DNA of 64,000 bases, taken from contig OZ218953.1 in assembly GCA_965112735.1 (NCBI GenBank), forward strand, positions 1,116,001-1,180,000, in the 5' to 3' direction. Within the stretch, counting starts at the first letter, position 1. The number at the start of each line of letters is the position of its first letter. The notes below the pieces were generated by a model, which did no database searches, was not told where the DNA came from, and saw only the letters and a program-made list of their open reading frames with translations. Below are positions 48,615 through 62,467 of this stretch, piece by piece. Source of the DNA: Phaeosaccion multiseriatum (Eukaryota > Protista > Ochrophyta, other classes). The translations under genes were made by a program, and so were the position numbers.

Positions 48615-48945
48615 ACACATACACTCTCTCTCGTAGGTCGGAGGGTGCGTCTACGGACGCCTTGGACTCGGCTGTGCAGGGAGGCCACACGGAAGTAGTC
48701 AAGTGGCTACACAGCCACAGAGAGGAGGGCTGCTCGTCCGCCGCACTGAGCATCGCAGCACGCCTCGGAAACCTGGAAATGGTGAAACTGCTCTTTCAGT
48801 ACGGACTCGCGGAGGGTATCAAGGTGGGTTGGTGTGTTGGGGGGGGGAATGGGATTTGTGTGTGTGTTTGCTGGCCTACACACCACCCCTCGCTCGACTC
48901 TTCCTTCTCTCGGTGGCGCTCTCCCTCTCTGTCTGTCTCTTTTCT

Positions 48946-48990
<45 letters not shown>

Positions 48991-49177
48991 CCCCTCTCTC
49001 TCTCTCTCTCTCTCTCTCCCTCTCTCTCTCTCTCCTTCTCTGTGTCTCTTTCGCTGGACTCGCTCTTTCTCAGAGTCTCTCTCCCTCGCTAGAATCTTTT
49101 TTTTTGCTTCAGTCGTGGATTAGTGCCCGGTCACTGTGCATGCCGAAATTCTCATCGCACTCCTTTTCCTTGTGGCC

Positions 49178-49256
<79 letters not shown>

Positions 49257-50535
49257 TGTCGTTGTTGTTTGTTGTTGTTGTTGCTGTCGTCGTCGTTGTT
49301 GTTGTTGTTGTTGCGATTGTTGTTGTTTGTCGTTGTTGTTTGTTGTTGCTGCTGTCGTTGTTGTTGTCGCTCCCTCCACCAACCACAGGCTGCCACGAAC
49401 GCTGCCGACGAGAATGGACACGCCAACGTGGCGGAGTGGCTGCGCAAGAACGCATCCTCGCTGCACAAGAAGATGAAGAGGAACGACGGAAGCGCCTCGG
49501 CAGCACCGGCGGCAGCGGCGACAACAGGTGGGTGGGTGGGTGGGTTAGAGGCGCGTAGACTTTGTGCCCTACATCCTGGGGTATTTATTGGATATACCCC
49601 CACCATTCATTTATTCTATGCTCTTTAATTTATGTAAAGAAGCAAATCATGAAACAGACAATTGTCTCTCAACGTTGTCTCCTCAGTTTTCAGTTGATGT
49701 GGCGTTTATATATCATTGTTTTTAATCGATCTCGAACTCGTATTCGGATTGTCCGTCCGTCTTCATCCTTCTGACCTTTGCTGACCTTTGACCAACCCTT
49801 CCCCCCCTTGGTGTGAATGCAGATGATGACGAGAGCATGGCACCCCCCCCTGCAGCAGCCGCTGCCCCTCGAAACAGCAGATCAAGCGGCGCTGCCAAGC
49901 TACCACCCAAGGTGCCACCGAACCAACAGCCCGCTACAGGTGGGTTATGTCAGGTTATGTCAATGGATGCGTGTGTGGGTCTGAGGAACGGAGGAAGGAA
50001 GGAAGGAAGGAAACAAACCAAATGACTGGACAATCTCTTGTCGTTTTTTGTTTTTTTCTTCTTGTGTGTTGTTCTATATCTAGTAACTGTCTTTCTAAAC
50101 CTTACATAACTAGTAACTGTCTTTCTAAAACCTTACATAGCTAGTAACTGTCCTTCAAGGGGGAGAGATACGCTAGTGCGATGGACATGCTTTGTTTCTC
50201 TCCTCCTCTTGGCCCCCTTTGTTTTCGTTTCTTTTGTGTGCTTGCTTATCTTGTCCCAATTCTCACTTGCTCCATCTCGTTGCTTGCTTTGACTCGACAG
50301 GCGTGTTTGGGGGTCCTTTCTGGGACTTCCACGCCAAATCAGATATCGCTCTCCCTGCCGGAACGGGCAAGCTCCCGCCGGACACCAACAATGAGGAGGA
50401 CCGAGAGGAGGACGAGTCGGCAGGGTCCAACGGAGAGGCCAAGGGAGCGAGCAAGTCTTCCGGTGTCGACGGGAAGAGCTCTGCGGCGGCTGGGTCGGCG
50501 GCAAAGGTGAGATCACGAGGTTGTGGTGGTGGTGG

Positions 50536-50575
<40 letters not shown>

Positions 50576-52091
50576 ACGACTGCTGCTAGGGCGTGTGTTG
50601 CTGCGGCTGCTGCTCTGCTTCTCGTGCTGCTCCTGCTGCCGCTGCTACTGCTCTGCCTGCCAGAGGGGATTTGTGTATTTAACTCCACAGCGTTCCCTCC
50701 TCCGCAGCCTCCTTTTATCTCTCGCACTAACCGCGCACACACACGCACCCACACACGCGCCCACACCCACCCACCGTCTCACCCTCAGGCTGGTCGGATG
50801 AGGAGAAATCTCCTTCGCTCCCCGGAGCTGGCGCTGGCATCCATCGGAGGGCTCAGCGGAAAGGAGGAGAGGCAGCTCAAGGCCGTTATGGAGTTCAGAC
50901 AAGCGTACTCCGCACAGCCGCTGGAGGGCGCGTCCATCCCCAAGGACCCTTTCACCCTCTTTGCTGTGTGGTTCGAGGAGTCTCGCATCGCTCGAGTGTC
51001 CGAGCCGGGTGCCATGTGTCTGAGCACTGTTGGGCCCACGGGCAGGCCGAGCGCCCGTTACGTCATGTTGCAGGGCTTCGACAAACGCGGCTTTGTGTGG
51101 TACACCAACTTTGAGGTTAGTGAGTGGGTGGGTGAGTGTGTGTGTGGGTGTGTGTGTGGGTGGGTGTGTGTGTGGGTGTGTGTGGGTGTGTGGGTGTGGG
51201 TGTGTGTGTGTATGTGCGCGTGTGTGTGTGTGTGTGTGTGTGTGGGTGTGTGGGTGTGTGGGTGGGTGGGTGGGTGTGTGGGTGGGTGGTTGGGTGGGTG
51301 AGTGGGTAAGTGGGTGGTTGGTTGGGTGGGTGGTTGGTTGGTTGGGTGGGTGGTTGGGTGGGTGGTTGGGTGGGTGGTTGGGTGGGTGGTTGGGTGGGTG
51401 AGTGGGTGGGTGGTTGGGTGGGTGAGTGGGTGGGTGGTTGGGTGGGTGGTTGGGTGGGACCCGTGGGTGTAGATGGTGCTGCGTGCCTGTCAGTGTGCCC
51501 ATATGCCTACCTACCTGCTTCTCAAGACGCACAACGCGCCGCTGCTTTGCCTCATCTCCCTCTTCCTCCCTCCCCTCCCTCTCCTTCTTACCTGGCGCTT
51601 TGTGTTTGTCTATCTCTCTTCAGTCAAGAAAGAGTCAAGACCTGGCCCATAATCCGTACGGAGCGCTGTCCTTCTGGTGGAGTGAACTCCAGAGGTCCAT
51701 TCGCATCGAGGGAGTGGTGACTCGCGTCAGTGAGAAGGAGAGCACCGAGTACTTCATGTCCAGACCACGGGGGAGTCAGGTGAGGCGGGAAGGCAGGGAG
51801 GGGGGGGGGGGGTGGAGGGAGAGCAGCAGCAGCAGGAGGAGGAGGGGGACAAGGGGGAGGAGGAGGAGGAGGAGGAGGAGGAGGAGGAGGAGGAGGAGGA
51901 GGAGGAGGAGGAGGAGACGCCGGGGGAAGGGCTCTATGCTTTATGCTTTGCTGTATATTCCTTCCCCCCTCCCTCGCTGGAGTTGGCGCAGATCATCGCA
52001 CCAACCACCTCCTTCGTTTGTCTTGCCTCCCTATTCATGCTCTCACCTCTCTGCTTGCTTCTTTCTCCGACTCTGTTATGTTATATACGGG

Positions 52092-52127
<36 letters not shown>

Positions 52128-52396
52128 TCCGCACGCATTATCACCTTCAGGTTGGAGCATGGGCACTGCACCAGTCTCGCCCTGTGAGCAGCCGCGGGGT
52201 GCTGGAGCACAACGTCAAGGAGGTGCAGGACAAGTTCAAGAGCATCGCGGAGGTGCCCAGGCCACCGCAGTTCGGAGGCTACCGACTCCGGCCAGATCGG
52301 GTGGAGTTTTGGAAGGGGCGACACTCAAGGATCCACGATCGTATCGTCTATGTCGTAGTGGATAATATGTGGCATATGCAAAGGCTGCAGCCCTGA
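47204..52396 (+). CDS. PNPO: Ankyrin-repeat / pyridox(am)ine 5'-phosphate oxidase (PdxH-type) fusion protein
   Basis: Nine phase-compatible exons ~47204-47733, 48122-48212, 48637-48823, 49389-49527, 49823-49939, 50301-50506, 50789-51115, 51624-51779, 52151-52396. Ankyrin-like AMDSAAAGGHLDMLKFLH and ALDSAVQGGHTEVVKWLH. PNPO DPFTLFAVWF, GRPSAR, GFVWYTNFESRK, YFMSRPRGSQVGAW, EFWKGRHSRIHDR, RLQP*. Confidence 0.82.
48213..48343 (+). repeat. 31-33-bp minisatellite reiterating the 5' splice site, four copies
   Basis: GTAAGGTCAATGACGCAGTTGGCATAGTTAC repeated from the first base of the intron. Confidence 0.9.
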
Positions 52397-52935
52397 GCCA
52401 GCCTCGAGTGTGCGTGCATTTGTGCGCGTGTGTGTGCGTGTGTGTGTGTGTGTGTGTGCTTGGGTTGAGGAAGGGGAGCGAAAAAGAGTAGACGGTATAT
52501 GCGAGCGGTGGGAAGGGAGGGTTGGGTGTGAAGAGGGGCCGGGGGGGGGGGGGGCGGGCGTGAAGTGAGTGGGGGAGTGGGCTGGGGGAAGGAGATGAGC
52601 GGCTTTCGGAATGGGATGGGGTGAGACGGATCGTTTGCAGAGCGGGGCCACGCCTCGCTGCCTGTTCGTCTTTCTCACGTGCGGTGAGTCTATTTTACGT
52701 AGCTCCTGTCGATAGAGCCATCACAGGAGGTATCCGGAGTGCTTTGCTTCTAAGGAGTAGCCAGCTAATAAAGAAAAGAGAAAGGAAAGAAAGATATTTG
52801 GGGGCGAGCCAAAACGCGTTGGTTCTCTAGCCACTCCACCTTCCTTTTCCCCTCTCCCTCTGATCCACCCTAGGTCTTTCTCCTCCACTCTTCGCTCTCC
52901 ATTCTCCTACCACTGCAATCTTATGAGCACCAGCT

Positions 52936-53722
52936 ATGGATGTCACGAATGCCACGCTCAACGCTATCGAGGAGAGGCTGCTTGTACTGGAGAAGCAGAT
53001 CTGCAGTCCTCCAGCCAAAGGAGGAGAAGGAGAGACAGCGGAAGAAGCTGCCGCTGCTGACCCGCACCCTCCTCTTGACGCCGTTGAGAGAGTTAAGAGG
53101 GAACTCGCTACTCGAAGCATGTTTAGTTTTCGTCTGAAGGTAAGCCCTCAACGCAAATGAAGTTTCCATCCTTGCTTGCGACGAGACCCACCCAACAACC
53201 CTCTTTGTCCTTTCGTTTTCCTTTGTCACAGTGGGTGGCCAGCGGGTACTACGACCTACCGCTGGAAGAAAGAGCAAAGCTCCTCGGCGCACACCCATCA
53301 CAGGTGTGTGTACACAGCTCTGTGCTCTACCACTGGACTCTTTTTTGAACAAAGAACACGCACTCAAAGAGCCTCCCTACCGCTCTTGTTTGCTTGCTTG
53401 CTACGTATACATCCTCATTGGCAGCTGTGTAAGACGCTCATTATCGAGAACAAAAAGAGCTCACGAGCGGACTGCTCGGACCCTCTGGACAGTCGGTTCT
53501 ACATGGTGATTGTACAGTACAGCGCCAAACTCAGCGGGCCCAGGGTAAGTGAGGAAAAAAGCAAGGTGCACAGCAAACCTTCAGTGTATATCTCGCCAGT
53601 GGAGCAAGCACGATCCTCGTTCCTCATACGCTAAGTGTCAATTACCAAAACCTTTTGCTATTATCACAGCTGGGCAAAGTGGTGGCAAGGCTCTCACCCG
53701 AGGACGACGGGAACGCGACGCC

Positions 53723-53762
<40 letters not shown>

Positions 53763-54203
53763 GGCGACAAGAAGAAGAGCCCACATATGCACTCTGCGAA
53801 GGAGGAGGTCGGTCTCGCGCTTACAGGCTTCCCCCATAACGGGGTGTGCCCCATTGGCTCGCTGGCGAATGTACCCATCCTTGTCGCCGAGGCTATTACC
53901 CAGGTCAGGAAGGAGAGGAAAGAAAGGGTCATCTGTCCCTTCCCGAAATCCTGCTCCTCCTCTGCTCTGCTGGTCACTGTTGCTTTCTTTCCCATTCCGC
54001 CTGACGCTCCGCTCCTCCTCTCGTTGCTGTTGCTGTTGCTGTTGGTGTTGGTGCTGGTGCTGGTGCTTGTATCTCAGCTGAAGCCCCCCTTCGTGTGGAT
54101 GGGAGGGGGGCACCCACTGCTGAAGCTCGGCCTCAGCGTGAATGATCTCGTCACCAAGAGCGGGCGGGTGGTGAAGGTTGGGGACTTCACCGACGCTCGA
54201 TAG
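52936..54203 (+). CDS. YbaK/aminoacyl-tRNA-editing-domain protein (eukaryotic type)
   Basis: Exons ~52936-53139, 53232-53303, 53425-53544, 53670-53903, 54078-54203. YYDLPLEERAKLLGA, LCKTLIIEN, FYMVIVQYSAKL, LTGFPHNGVCPIG, VWMGGGHPLLKLG. Confidence 0.82.
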
Positions 54204-54612
54204 AGAGGACTCGACAGAAGGGAGAGTCGAAGGACACAGACCCTCGATGGCAAGGACAGTCGAAGGAAGGAAGGAAGGAACGACGTCACAGAGCTCAAGA
54301 CCGACAGGGCAGGCGGAAGGGAGGGACGAAAGTCAATATCTTACATGTAAATAAACTCAAGACCGCAAAGGGGTGATGCTCCCTCGCAAACGCTTGCCCT
54401 AGGATGGCGGCCATATCAATGCGGAGCGTCGCGGAAGCTTGCACAGCTTCACAGCTGCTGACAGAGGGAGAGAGAGCGCTACCTATTGGCTTCCCCTACA
54501 GCAGCGATGAATCGAGTGCCTGAGCACTCAACTCTTCTCTCTCTCTCTCTCTCTCTCTCTTATCTATGTAAATATCTGTCTCTGCGTTTGTGGTGTGTAT
54601 CTCTCTCCCTTC

Positions 54613-54798
54613 CTATTCCGAGGAATGGAACCTTTCCGTGTAGTTGGAGGGGAAAACGCCCACCTTCCCCCCGCACTCTCCCTGAACCCACTTGTCGCCT
54701 GTGAGCTCTGCGGGAGCTGCGTCCGTCATGATGATGTCTCCTTCTTTGAAGCTGCAGAGACAGACAGAGAGAGAGAGAGAGACAGAAAACAAAGTTTG

Positions 54799-54836
<38 letters not shown>

Positions 54837-57512
54837 AAGAGAGGATGTGAAGCATGCATGGCGTACAGGGAGCTAGTTCGGGTGGGTGGGGTAAGTTTGG
54901 TGGGTGGAGTTCATCAATCGGGGCGGGGCGGGACTGAACACACCTTAAGTCACCCTCCTCCGTCGCTTCGTAGTCGAAGAGAGCCCGCAGAGCAATTTTC
55001 TCTGCACACAGATCAACGCTGACCACTGACACGCTCGCCTTTGCTTCTTCCTTCTTTTCCTCCCCCCCTTGCTCCTGCTGCTGCTGTTGCTGCTCCTCCT
55101 CTGCCTTTTTCTTCATCTCCTTTTCCACCTTCTCATCCTCCTCCTCCTTCTCCTCTCCTTCCTCCTTCTCTTTTTCTACATTTTCATCTCTTTCCGGCTC
55201 TACGTCTGCCCCTGCCCCCCCCCCTCTGTCACCGCCCGACTCTTCCTCCGCTTTCGCACCCCCACTCTTCCCTTCTTGCGGCACCTCTGCGTCGGCATCG
55301 TCCACCAGCGAGAGACTGCGAGTCCCCCCCCCTCCCACCTCTCGGACACTGAGGGCCGCGCCAGCAGCAGCTTCCTCAACAGCTTCATCAACAGCTTCCT
55401 CCTTGTCCTTGTCCTTGCCAGGCTCCAGCTCTTGCTCTTGCTCTTGCTCTTGCTCTTGCTCTTGCTGGTCATCGGATGAAGAAAGAGCCGTAGTCGGGGC
55501 ATCGGCGACTGCTCTGGTGGCAGAGGCAAGAGAAGCAGCGTTCTTGTCCTCGTCGTCGCCACCAGTAACGCCACCACTACTTCTACTAGCAGCAGCAGCA
55601 GCAGCAGCAGCATCATCAATAGCATCAGCAGCAGTTGGACCAACTTCAGCACTCTGTGCTTGCCCCTCCTCTCCTTCGTCCTCTACTACTACTACTACTG
55701 CTGCTGCTGCCGCTGCTGCGGCGGCGGCGGCGGTGGCCGCCCCTTGCTGACCTTCCTGAATTCCGTCTGAAGACCCTTCGAGTCCTCCCTCTTTCCCATC
55801 TCTCACGTCAACACTCTCCTCCTCCTCTTTCTTCTCCTTCCCCACCTCCTCTACCCCCTCCATTACAACTTCCGCATCTTCTGTCTCCTCCTCCTCCTCC
55901 TCCTCCCCCGGCTGCCGCTGCTGCTGCTCCCCCGCTTGCTCCCCCTCCTTGCTGTGCCCCCCCCTCTCCTCCTCCTCCTCCTCCTCCTCCTCCTCCTCCT
56001 CCCCTTCCTCCTCCTCCTCCTCCTCCTCCCCTTCCTCCTCCTCCTCGCTACCGCCGAGAGCGGCAGCCGCCTCCTTTACGGCGCTGCCCTGTCTCTCATC
56101 GACGTGCCGCTGCCCCTCCTCTCCCGACGACGCGAACGCACTCGCTTCGGTAGAATACACTCCTCCTCCTTCCCAGCCCCCCTGCGCAGTGCACAAGCAT
56201 GGCCGAGCAAGGCCAACAAAAGGGCAGAGAGAGAGAGAGAGAGAGATAGAGAGGAGGGGGGGGGGAGGGAGGGAGAGAGAGAGGGGGGGGGGGAGGGAGA
56301 GAGAGAGATAGAAGTTGTTGGTGTTGGTATGAGCGATCCGTTTCGTTCGTCAGAACATGTCGCTCTCTCTCTCTTTCTCTCTTTGGAGGACCTTCCTCGC
56401 TCTGTCTCTGCCCTAGTGCTCTTGGCACTCACCAGCACCCCTTTCCCCGCCCCTCCCCCCGGACTGCCTTCCAGGCCGAAGCTCTTTCCTCCTACGCTGC
56501 CCTCCCTCCGCACAGAGCCTCTGCCCGTGACTTGTATCTGTATGTATGTATGTATGTATGTATGTATGTATGTATGTATGTATGTATGTATGTATGTATG
56601 TATGTATGTATGTATGTATGTATGTATGTATGTATGTATGTATGTACGTACGTACGTATGCATGTACGTATGTATGTCGCAGTTGAGGAAGAAGGTCATG
56701 AGCAATGCGGGGCAGGTGCAACGTACGAGCCAGAGATAGAAACAGACCAGAGCCAACGAAACAAACCGAGAGGGAGGGATGTGCCCTCACGCCTTGATGC
56801 CTTCATGCCTCACCTCTTCAGGACGATTCGGCTCCGTGGGGGGCGGCTCAGGGACACCGGAGACGCTGGAGTGGCTGGAGTCCTCAACGCTTTGGGCCAT
56901 AGTGGTGGAGGTGAGAGGCACGTCGGAGAGAGAGATCTGGGACATGTGGCTACCGTCTTGACCTTCCTGCTGCACGGAAAACCGAAAGGAGGGGTGGAGA
57001 GAGGGATGGGGCAGAGCGAGAGGAGATTGTGTGCATGGATATTAGAGAGACAAGCAAGGGATGGGCAAAGCAATCGTCTCTTGGCACTTGTGGGAGAGTA
57101 TAAGAGAAGAGCAAGCCTCCAGGCCATTGGATTGCGGTAAGGTAAGAATAGAGATGGCAATAGACGGGTCCGTCAGTCAGTTCGAAGCCAGATGGGGGCT
57201 TTTGTTGCTCGTGGCAAGGCAGTCTCCCGCTCTCTCATGCACCCACTCACCCCTGCTGCAGAGCGCAGCGGCACCACGCCTTCGTCTGGGCTCGATCCCG
57301 CCACCGCGGCCTTGATGGTTCAAAGAGGAGAGGGGAGAGAGGAGAGAGGAGGGAGAAGAAGACGAAAGGAGAAAGGAGATGGGGGGGGGGTTAGTTGAGG
57401 TGGCGTGCCCAAAAGCGATTGAATGTATGGCCATCGAACATGAGAAACGCTCCCACCTTCCCCCCCCCTCTCCCTCTTTTCCATCGGCCACTCTCTCTGT
57501 CCCACTCTCCCC

Positions 57513-57553
<41 letters not shown>

Positions 57554-58075
57554 ACTCTCTCTCTCACTCTTTCACGCACAATACTCTATACAACCTCCCC
57601 CACCGTGTGATGCCTCACCATATTGATGCCCTTGCCGACACAGTCGTAGGCCGCTGCCTGGAGGCGAATAAGCGTGGGCAAGTCGTTGTTCAGTACCTCA
57701 CTGCGGAGTTTCTCAGCGTCTGCGAAGGACTCCATGAGGGCGGTGGTTCTCTCCTTGAGCTGCTGCTCCGCCGATGCCAATTTCTCCTCATTCCGCTCCA
57801 TCTTTTCGGCGGTTACCTTTCGTCCCGGGGAAGGGGTATATGGGCCACACAGGCACACAGACACGCAGACACGCAAGCACGCAGGCAAGGGGAGGGGGAG
57901 CGGGGGGAGGGTGGGGGGTGGAGGGGCAGGGTTCGCCGCTACAAGGTCAGCAGCTTCACAGGGAAAGAAACGCGTCCGCCAAGGGGCGGAGGAAAGCGTA
58001 AGATGTGAAAGGTACACGATCGAAAGCAGCAAAGCCCTAGGACTACAGAGCCCGCGGTGTGAGACCGGTACCCCT

Positions 58076-58125
<50 letters not shown>

Positions 58126-59309
58126 TCCATCCCTTACCTTTGGATTGTTGGCGAGCTCGGTGAGCTTGCTGCTGTAGTGCTCCATCTCGACTCGGCAGTC
58201 GTAGCGGACCTTCATCCGCCGCCTCACCTGCGCACGCAAAAAGTACGAAACAAAATCCGCCGAACAAGCCACATGGATTTGGAAAGGGAGTGAAGAAAGT
58301 TCCTCAGCAGGCACCCAAGAACGGTGGCCATACTGTACCTCCTTAAAGTCGTCGACGGCCTTGACGAGGGACGTCAGCACGAGCTCATCGAGCTCAGTCA
58401 CGAGGCGTCTGGCCCAACACAAAGAGGGGGGGGGAGGGGCAGGCAAAAATGAGGGGGAAACATACCTTCACACTTGTCGATGAAAACACAGTTAAGGTAT
58501 GAGAGTAAGTAATGCTGCCCAACTCCACTTCACTCTCTCACTGACCCAGTCAGTCTCTCTGTGACCAACCAGAGCACTCACTCTGTGACTTGGTCTTTAC
58601 TCTTCCCGATTTGCTCCTTGAGCAAACGGGACTGCGAATGGGTCGAGAAAAGAGCCCCCGAGGGAGGGCAGAAAGGCAAATTAACTCGGTGTGAGATTTG
58701 GCGATACAATACAGCCCCCCCATCGCCGCAAAAATCGAAGAGGACAGCGGCTCGTTCGCCTTCCCCCCCTCCTGCCTTTTACGTCCCCCGTCAGCGACGA
58801 AGTCCTACTGATCCCTACTGACCTGCTGCAGGGCCTTCTCCTCCTTTGTAACGCCACCACCCGTGTTACCGCTGCTACCGGTGCTGCTGCTGCTGCTCCG
58901 CCGCGACGAGTAGTTCGAGTCGTTTGTGCCAGCCGCTCCTCCTCCTTCGCCCCCCACCTGGCCAGCGCTGCTGCTGCCGGCCCCCTCCGCTAAGCGTATA
59001 AATCCATCCGCCACGGTCCCGTTCGCCTCCAGACTCGAGAGGAAGGCTTGGCGGGATGCCTACCAGTGTGTGCAAGCGTAGTGTGAGAGGGGAAGGGAGC
59101 GAAGTATGGGCAGAAAAACGCTTCCCAACTACCTGGACTTGGAGAATGGTTCCCTGGAGCTGGCTCTGCAGCGCAACGAAGCGCTCGCTGGCAGCAACGT
59201 AGTCCATGTCTTCCTGTTTATTCACCACTGCCAAGTTCACCACCTGCTTATGCTTCACCACATATTTTGCCTTTATGGCAATTCTCTCCAGCTTTCCAGG
59301 CTGTGCCAT
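54613..59309 (-). CDS. BAR-domain + acidic linker + C-terminal SH3 protein (amphiphysin/endophilin-like)
   Basis: Helical N-terminal exons (QEDMDYVAASERFVALQSQL; VRRRMKVRYDCRVEMEHYSSKLTEL; EKMERNEEKLASAEQQL), Glu-rich exon ~56180-54945, SH3 LRALFDYEATEEGDL|SFKEGDII..WVQGECGGKVGVFPSNY. Some middle exon boundaries are uncertain. Confidence 0.82.
56540..56675. repeat. (TATG)n microsatellite, intronic
   Basis: Tandem TATG run. Confidence 0.95.
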
Positions 59310-59804
59310 GATGCCCGTGGGTTTTTACAGTTTCGTTATTGCTAAGTGAAGGCGTGTCTTCAGCGCATTGGCAACCCGGCCTGCGCCGAATTCACTGCCT
59401 TACGGCCAGGAACATTCTTCCCTCCCCCTTCCCGTCCCTCCCTCACTCACTCACTCACTCACCCACACTAATGTGAAGGGGGCGAATACCACAAACTTGC
59501 GGTCCGCAGAGGGGGTAAAAAGACGCGATACAAGGTTGTCATTTGACATAAAGTACGTTTTGTTTTGACCACAACACTGCCACCCTGCAAGCCTGTAATC
59601 GACTGTAACCACACACATCGATCCAACAACCTCATCCCTGCCCCCGATAGCTGTAGCCAACTGCTACGCTCTATGCCTTTGTACAACACACAGCGCTCAT
59701 CTAAGCGATTCGTTGCTCTCTCCCCACCACGCTTCTCCTCTCTCGGACCACAGCGGGGCTGCCTGCCTCCGCTGTGCGCCTCCCTCGGTGCGGTCCTAGT
59801 ATCA

Positions 59805-61234
59805 CTAGTACCAAGCAACATTCACTCGGATACTATAAGACGTCCTCTCGCTCTTCTCCTCCTCCCAGGCCTGGTCGGGAACGACCTTAAGGTATCTCTC
59901 AGACAGGTGCTTGGCTCTGTACCTCGTTGTAGGCGACCTCGCTCCCCAGGTGACCCCTAGGACTTGGACACAGGTATGCGTCGGACTAATGCGTGGGGGA
60001 GTGCGGAATGAAAAGGCCGGTAGCACACCAGGGGTCAAAGGAGCGAGCACTCTTGTTCACAGGAGGTTGATCCTTTTGCTCGGCGACTCGACGTGAATCA
60101 GCCTTCCTATGCTCTCCGCGTCCTTGTCGCTGTGGGCTGCGGACGGCCTGCGGCATATGCGAAAGGGGACTTCCAGGAGAGGCGCGGCGATGGTTGCTCC
60201 CAGGCAGGCCAGAAGCAGGAGCTCTGACCGCTGGTCATTTGTGAGCAGTGCCAGGGAAGAAGGAAGGAAGGAAGGAAGAAAGGCAGGAAATGAGAGAGGC
60301 ACGCAGGCGGATGGAATGGAACGGCGGCTTAACCCAACACGGACCTGCATGTCGCTGCTTGAGACGGATGGCAGCTGGTAAGCACAAGAGAAGGTTGGCC
60401 TCCCACACACGGCCTCGTCTTGTTCGCAGGAGGCGCCCGGCCACCAGGGCGGGGGGTCTCCAAGCACAGCGGCGAAAGCAATGCGCCCCACTCACTCAGT
60501 CACTAAGTCAACTCCGCCTCCCTGAGCCCTCCCTGTAATTCACCTGGCGGGGCTGATGCCATTGCCGCTCTCGCGCAGCAAGACGAAGGAGCACACTAAG
60601 AGCAAGTATCTCGGTTCGCCGGCGAAGGCAACCCCCACCTTTGGCTGAACAGGCAGTAAGCGAAGGGAAGGGGTGGACGAGGGCGATTGATTGGTGAGAA
60701 GGTGAGAGCGAATCCTTGGGGGTCTCTGCGCTCTTGCGCGAATCCATCAGTGCGCTGAGGAGACAGGCAGAGAATCAACTGGGGGGTAATGGCTGGCCCA
60801 CAACAAACGGGAAGGGGGTGCGAGAGAGAGCCAACCTGTGTAACAAACAGTATAGCGGATGGATGGCAGAGAGCAAAAGTGCCCTCCCCTCTACCAGTAT
60901 TGGCCCAGAATCATCATTCCTTCAGCCACTTACAGAGCAGGTGTTTTCACCGACGAAGTTCGCAGCTCCTGTTGGTGAGCATCTCGCCCTTGACGTTGTC
61001 GTCGAAACAAGCTCACAACCCTCCTCCTAGGCCATCCTCTTGACAAAGTCCAGTTGCTGCCTCGAAGAAAGTACGTAGTCCATGGGGATGGAGCCTACAC
61101 AAATGAGCGAAAGAGAGGTGGAGGAGGCCTTTTCCTTGGGGGAGGGTGCCACTGGTCGAGGAGGCAGAGGAAGAGGAAAAAACCCTGCTTTCGCGTGTGC
61201 CATCTCGACGGGGCACGTCACCCCCCGCCTCCAT
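59805..61234 (-). CDS. Possible short-exon hypothetical gene, unresolved
   Basis: Several AG/GT-bounded segments on the minus strand ending ..EEEKSERTSYSIRVNVAWY* at 59805. No recognisable domain and no complete phase-consistent model. Confidence 0.25.
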
Positions 61235-61384
61235 GCCGCTCGAGGCAGCTTTGGGATAATCAGATTGGGATACACTTGATCCGTTACGTCGCCAACCTGT
61301 TACCGCCGTTTTGGGCTTGGAGCTGGAACAGTTGAATCAGACATAAAGAGCTTAGTCGCTGGACGTAGCGGCAGCAGCAGCGCC

Positions 61385-62467
61385 ATGGCTGACGCGGATG
61401 GCGCGGTGTCAGTGTCTGTAAAGTTTGATGAAGACTCACGGATTAGAGTGCTCGACCCGGAGCACTACAAGCACAGCGAGGAGCTGGGGGAGGAATGCAA
61501 AGCCTTCACCAGCAAGATCCAGGACTTTAGCGCCAGTGTTCACTCCATTGTGGGCGTGCTGGACACTCACGCCAAGAGAATCGAGCGGGAGAAGCTTCTT
61601 GCCATTGGGATGAGAAACCAGGTGCGTCTCGCTCGGGCAGTCAGTCAAGTCAGTATGACAAGCTCAGGTCGAAGCGACGGGAATGCGTCGCAGAGTCCAC
61701 TGAACACTCTCTTCCTCTCCACGTGCATTCATACCTTCCATGAAAGTGTGCACTGCCCAATGCTCAGTTCCGTCCCTTGCAGGCAATTTGTTTGTTAGTA
61801 TAGTGTGTGTGGGAGGGGGGGAGGAAGGAAGGAAGAGATAAAAAGGGAGGGGAAGGGAGAAAGGTCGCGTCTTTGAGAGCCTGATGCTGTAGCCACCCCT
61901 GATGAATCCCACAGGTAGATGGCGAACAGGAGTACCGAGTTCGCCAAAAAGCCGCTCTGAAGGCGCTACTGAAGGAGAAGATGGCAGAGCTAGATCGATA
62001 CGGCCTTCAGTATCAGGTGAGGGGGGATGTTCCCTCGCTACACGCGAAACGGGGGCTGCAAATACCTCACCTGAAGTCACCTGAGGGGGAAACAGACGCA
62101 CTTTCTGCGCTGGAAAGAGTTATACCGGAGTGAAATGGAAGCAATGATGGGTTGTGTCGATGCTATTCAGACCTTTTGTGTGCCTGGACAGGGTGCAGGA
62201 GAAAGAGGACCTTCGGCCCCTCGACAGACAATCAAGAGCGTGCTGTATTCCCGAGATGTGCGCCTTCCCCGTTTGCTCGCTTCCTCTGCACCCCCTCCCT
62301 TACACGCTGTTGATCGACACCCCATTCCATGCCGATGCTCGTTGCTCGCTGTTCCATTCCAGTCTTTGCAGAGAGTGGAGAGCGAGCAAATAGTGCTTAT
62401 GGAGAAGCTAAGCCACAGCGAGGCGCTGCTGGCCGGAGAAGGCGAGGACACCGCCCCCCACAAATAG
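61385..62467 (+). CDS. IFT20: Intraflagellar transport protein 20
   Basis: Exons 61385-61621, 61915-62016, 62362-62467. FDEDSRIRVLDPEHYKHSEELGEECKAF..IEREKLLAIGMRN, EKMAELDRYGLQYQ|SLQRVESEQ. Confidence 0.92.
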
